64,000 nucleotides of DNA from Macrostomum lignano (Eukaryota). Made by a program: the position numbers and the translations under genes. Positions 61,188 through 64,000 of this stretch are shown here, piece by piece. The stretch's first letter is position 1. Every line of letters starts with the position of its first letter. The notes under the pieces are model-generated. The model was not told the origin of the DNA and did no database searches. It saw only the letters and a program-made list of their open reading frames with translations. The DNA lies in contig NIVC01000177.1 in the NCBI GenBank assembly GCA_002269645.1, forward strand, positions 128,887 through 192,886, given 5' to 3'.

Positions 61188-62649
61188 AATCAAACTTATT
61201 TTTGCTTTCTAATGCTGCTCTGGCGGAAGACTGGGGGCTCAGTTCCACTCGCTATAGTTGAAGAGGAAGCTCCAGTTATTAAAGGCTTCGAGTGGCCTAT
61301 GCGCTAAGTTGGCTAATCTCCATCCAATTGGCCGAACAACCAAAATCACTTCTTCAACCGGCTTTCCTACGAGAGGTCGGAGAGCATTGGAAACGGATTG
61401 TGAGCCATTGGTTTTCGACTATTGCCCAGCCAAGGAGAAGAGAGCTCAGCAGCTAACTCTCTAAACCCTGTTGCTACCCTCCAGAGCGGCTGTCCAGCCG
61501 AAAGATTGAGCAGAAATCCGTTTCCTAGCTGCGCTGCGCAGACAGCCTGCTTCCTGCGGACTATTTGCTGATGTGCTGGGTGAGTGGTAGGCAGTTGGGG
61601 GCTGGGGGGTCCAGATCCAATCCCTACCTTTGCAGGCGCCGTATTTGTCTACTCCTAGCTGACAGTGCGAGCTCATTGGTGCCAGCAAACCCTCGATTTT
61701 TATTTAAAAAGTGCGTGCACCTTAGCTACTCACCCGAGAATGCATAGTTGCCAGCGAGTCGCTCAGAGCAGGGAAGGCAGTCAGCCGAAGCAAATTGGGA
61801 TATTCTTTCCGACCTCTTTGGGGAATATCCTCCCCAATGCTGAGGCGCCTCTGCGTGAGCACAGCTGAGCAATTCCGGACTAACTGCTTTCAAGCCGCCT
61901 GGCTCAACTGCGATCAAGAAATCAGCCCGAAGGCTCCTAATTAGAAATCAATCAAGTTTCTCGTCCACCCCGGTAGCGCACAAACTGCATGCCCCGCTGC
62001 CGCAGGGGACTCCCGATAGACTTAGCCGAATCGCCTTCAGTCCGAGGCTCTGAATAAAGCTTTGCCGCCTTTCCCCCTCGGGTCCGGATTCTGATCCCTC
62101 TGGTGGATAAGCTCTTCTTCATCCTAAACTTGTGGGGGTTCTAAACTGGACTAGCTAGTGCTCAAGAATTCCCTTACAGCTTAGTAGGCTTGTACATCAT
62201 ATTCTGTCCCATTGTACAGCAGCCGAATGGGTTTGAAATAATGTACGCTCGTACTTGCATTTATTTAATACAAGCTGCTTATTGAGTGCCAACTTCATTG
62301 AAACACCTCATTTTTTATTGCTCCGTGGCGCAAACCCTGAATATTGACAAGAACCAAGACTGAGCACCCAAAAACCAAAGCTTGTTATTAATTCTACTAG
62401 ACTACTCTAAGTCGTGTAACTAAGTATCTTTAAGCAAATAAAAATTGGAAATTCTATAAAAATACGTCTGACTCGCCTATCAAGGTGGCCAGATGTCCCG
62501 GCGCATCAGAGGACTCGGAGAGGAGCAGGCGTCCTTCAGTCTTGTGAAATTATTTACTTCGGTCCGATGAAGCGTACCGCTGTCGAGACTGTGGGGAGGG
62601 CAAAGCTATGGCGCAATAAAACTGCAATTGAACCTATGGCCGGGCCCTA

Positions 62650-63165
62650 ATGGGGAATAAATAGGTTTCTGTAGTCTATGGCCGGACCCAAGCATGGAAT
62701 AAATAGGTTTCTGTAGTCTATGGCCGGACCCAAGCATGGAATAAATAGGTTTCTGTAGTTATGGCCGGACCCAAGCATGGAATAAATAGGTTTCTGTAGT
62801 CTATGGCCGGACCCAAGCATGGAATAAATAGGTTTCTGTAGTCTATGGCCGGACCCAAGCATGGAATAAATAGGTTTCTGTAGTCTATGGCCGGACCCAA
62901 GCATGGAATAAATAGGTTTCTGTAGTTTATGGCCGGACCCAAGCATGGAATAAATAGGTTTCTGTAGTCTATGGCCGGACCCAAGCATGGAATAAATAGG
63001 TTTCTGTAGTCTATGGCCGGACCCAAGCATGGAATAAATAGGTTTCTGTAGTCTATGGCCGCGACCCAAGCATGGAATAAATAGGTTTCTGTAGTCTATG
63101 GCCGGACCCAAGTGGAGGAATAAATAGGTTTCTGTAGTCTATTGTCCGGGCCAAGTGGGGAATAA
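62650..63165. repeat. 42-bp minisatellite TATGGCCGGACCCAAGCATGGAATAAATAGGTTTCTGTAGTC, ~12 copies
   Basis: Read directly. Confidence 0.97.
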
Positions 63166-63904
63166 ATATCTTTTATCTGCTTGTCAATCAATCACTATAA
63201 TGATAATACAAGACCTCTAAAATCAAGACATGCCGTTTAGCACTAATGACAGATATTAAAATAGTTTGTTATAAACTACTTTGACGTCCACATTTCATGC
63301 ACAAGAGTATAATAACGTGTATTAGATGGACATATACTATAGGCGTATAAATGACCCAAAAATCATTTGAAGTGAAAAGTTTACTTTATACCCGCAAGAA
63401 AAAAGCGCAGCATCCTACTAACTTGAAATTTGTTGGTTGATTTCTACTTTTGTGGAGAGATTTAGAAAAGCAATTTAGAGCTATTCGGCAAGTATTGCAG
63501 CAGGTGCGGGGCAATTGCTACCAATTCTATCATTCCCTGCACTGGCGGTCTAGCAACTACTTTAATCCCAATGAACTATTGAGCTGAAAATCCTGTCTGT
63601 CAGCTACCGGGCCAGATCTCAAGCAGCGGTAGTCTTCCTTCACCCCCTTACCCTCCAGATCGCTGATCGCCTTGGGGGGAAATCGATAATATATCGATCA
63701 GCGCCAACTGCTCGCTAGCATGGGGAATGGGGATTGGGGCGTTTCTCTGTCCCTCTCTCTCTCTCGCTCCCGCCCGCTCCCTGCCGCAAATGCTTAGAAA
63801 CTACAATAGGGGAGGGAGAGATCAAGAAAGATTTTGGCAGAGTCGAAAGCAATAGAATTGAAAGCCAATTTTTGAAGCCAGCAGGACCTGAGCAAGCAGA
63901 GACG

Positions 63905-64000
63905 ATGCCGCAGTCACCCACATCGCCTGAGTCGCCCAGGACCGGCACCGGATCCAAGCAGAGCATCCCGTTTGCCAGCCCGCTGAGGGCCAACATTCTG
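63905..64000 (+). CDS. Probable start of a gene running off the window (MPQSPTSPESPRTGTGSKQSIPFASPLRANIL...)
   Basis: ATG in a GACGATGC context, 32 open codons with coding-like usage; no product can be assigned. Confidence 0.45.
   Translation, partial: MPQSPTSPESPRTGTGSKQSIPFASPLRANIL

Overview
Eukaryotic (metazoan) genomic DNA with GT-AG introns. The style (GC3-rich exons with poly-Ala/Gln runs, satellite-filled introns) suggests a free-living flatworm such as Macrostomum; this is an inference, not verified. Genes reconstructed by hand: a 3-exon membrane-anchored JmjC/cupin oxygenase (+, 5393-6627), a 16-exon SNX14 orthologue (-, 8973-20185), a 5-exon divergent SLC18 vesicular transporter (+, 22843-27221), an orphan ORF (-, 30265-31302), a DEG/ENaC channel (+, 41159-42931, with possible upstream exons), a class A peptide GPCR (+, 46402-47796), an SLC1/EAAT-fold protein lacking almost all substrate and Na+ ligands (+, 53820-55410, two frame breaks), a LicD/fukutin-family transferase (+, 56633-57794) convergent with a polypeptide GalNAc-transferase (-, 58903-61187, at least two frame breaks), and the start of a gene at 63905. 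About 18-19 kb (roughly 30%) is tandem repeat in ~26 different arrays. There are also three tRNA-headed SINE-like elements (one with a CORE-like block), hAT-like termini and a P-element-like transposase remnant. No prokaryotic features, rRNA or CRISPR. The best leads are the SLC1 pseudo-transporter, the rewired SLC18, the membrane-bound JmjC and the LicD/GALNT pair. Several frameshifts look like single-base homopolymer deletions, probably assembly errors. All motif comparisons are by eye from remembered family consensus, not from database searches.
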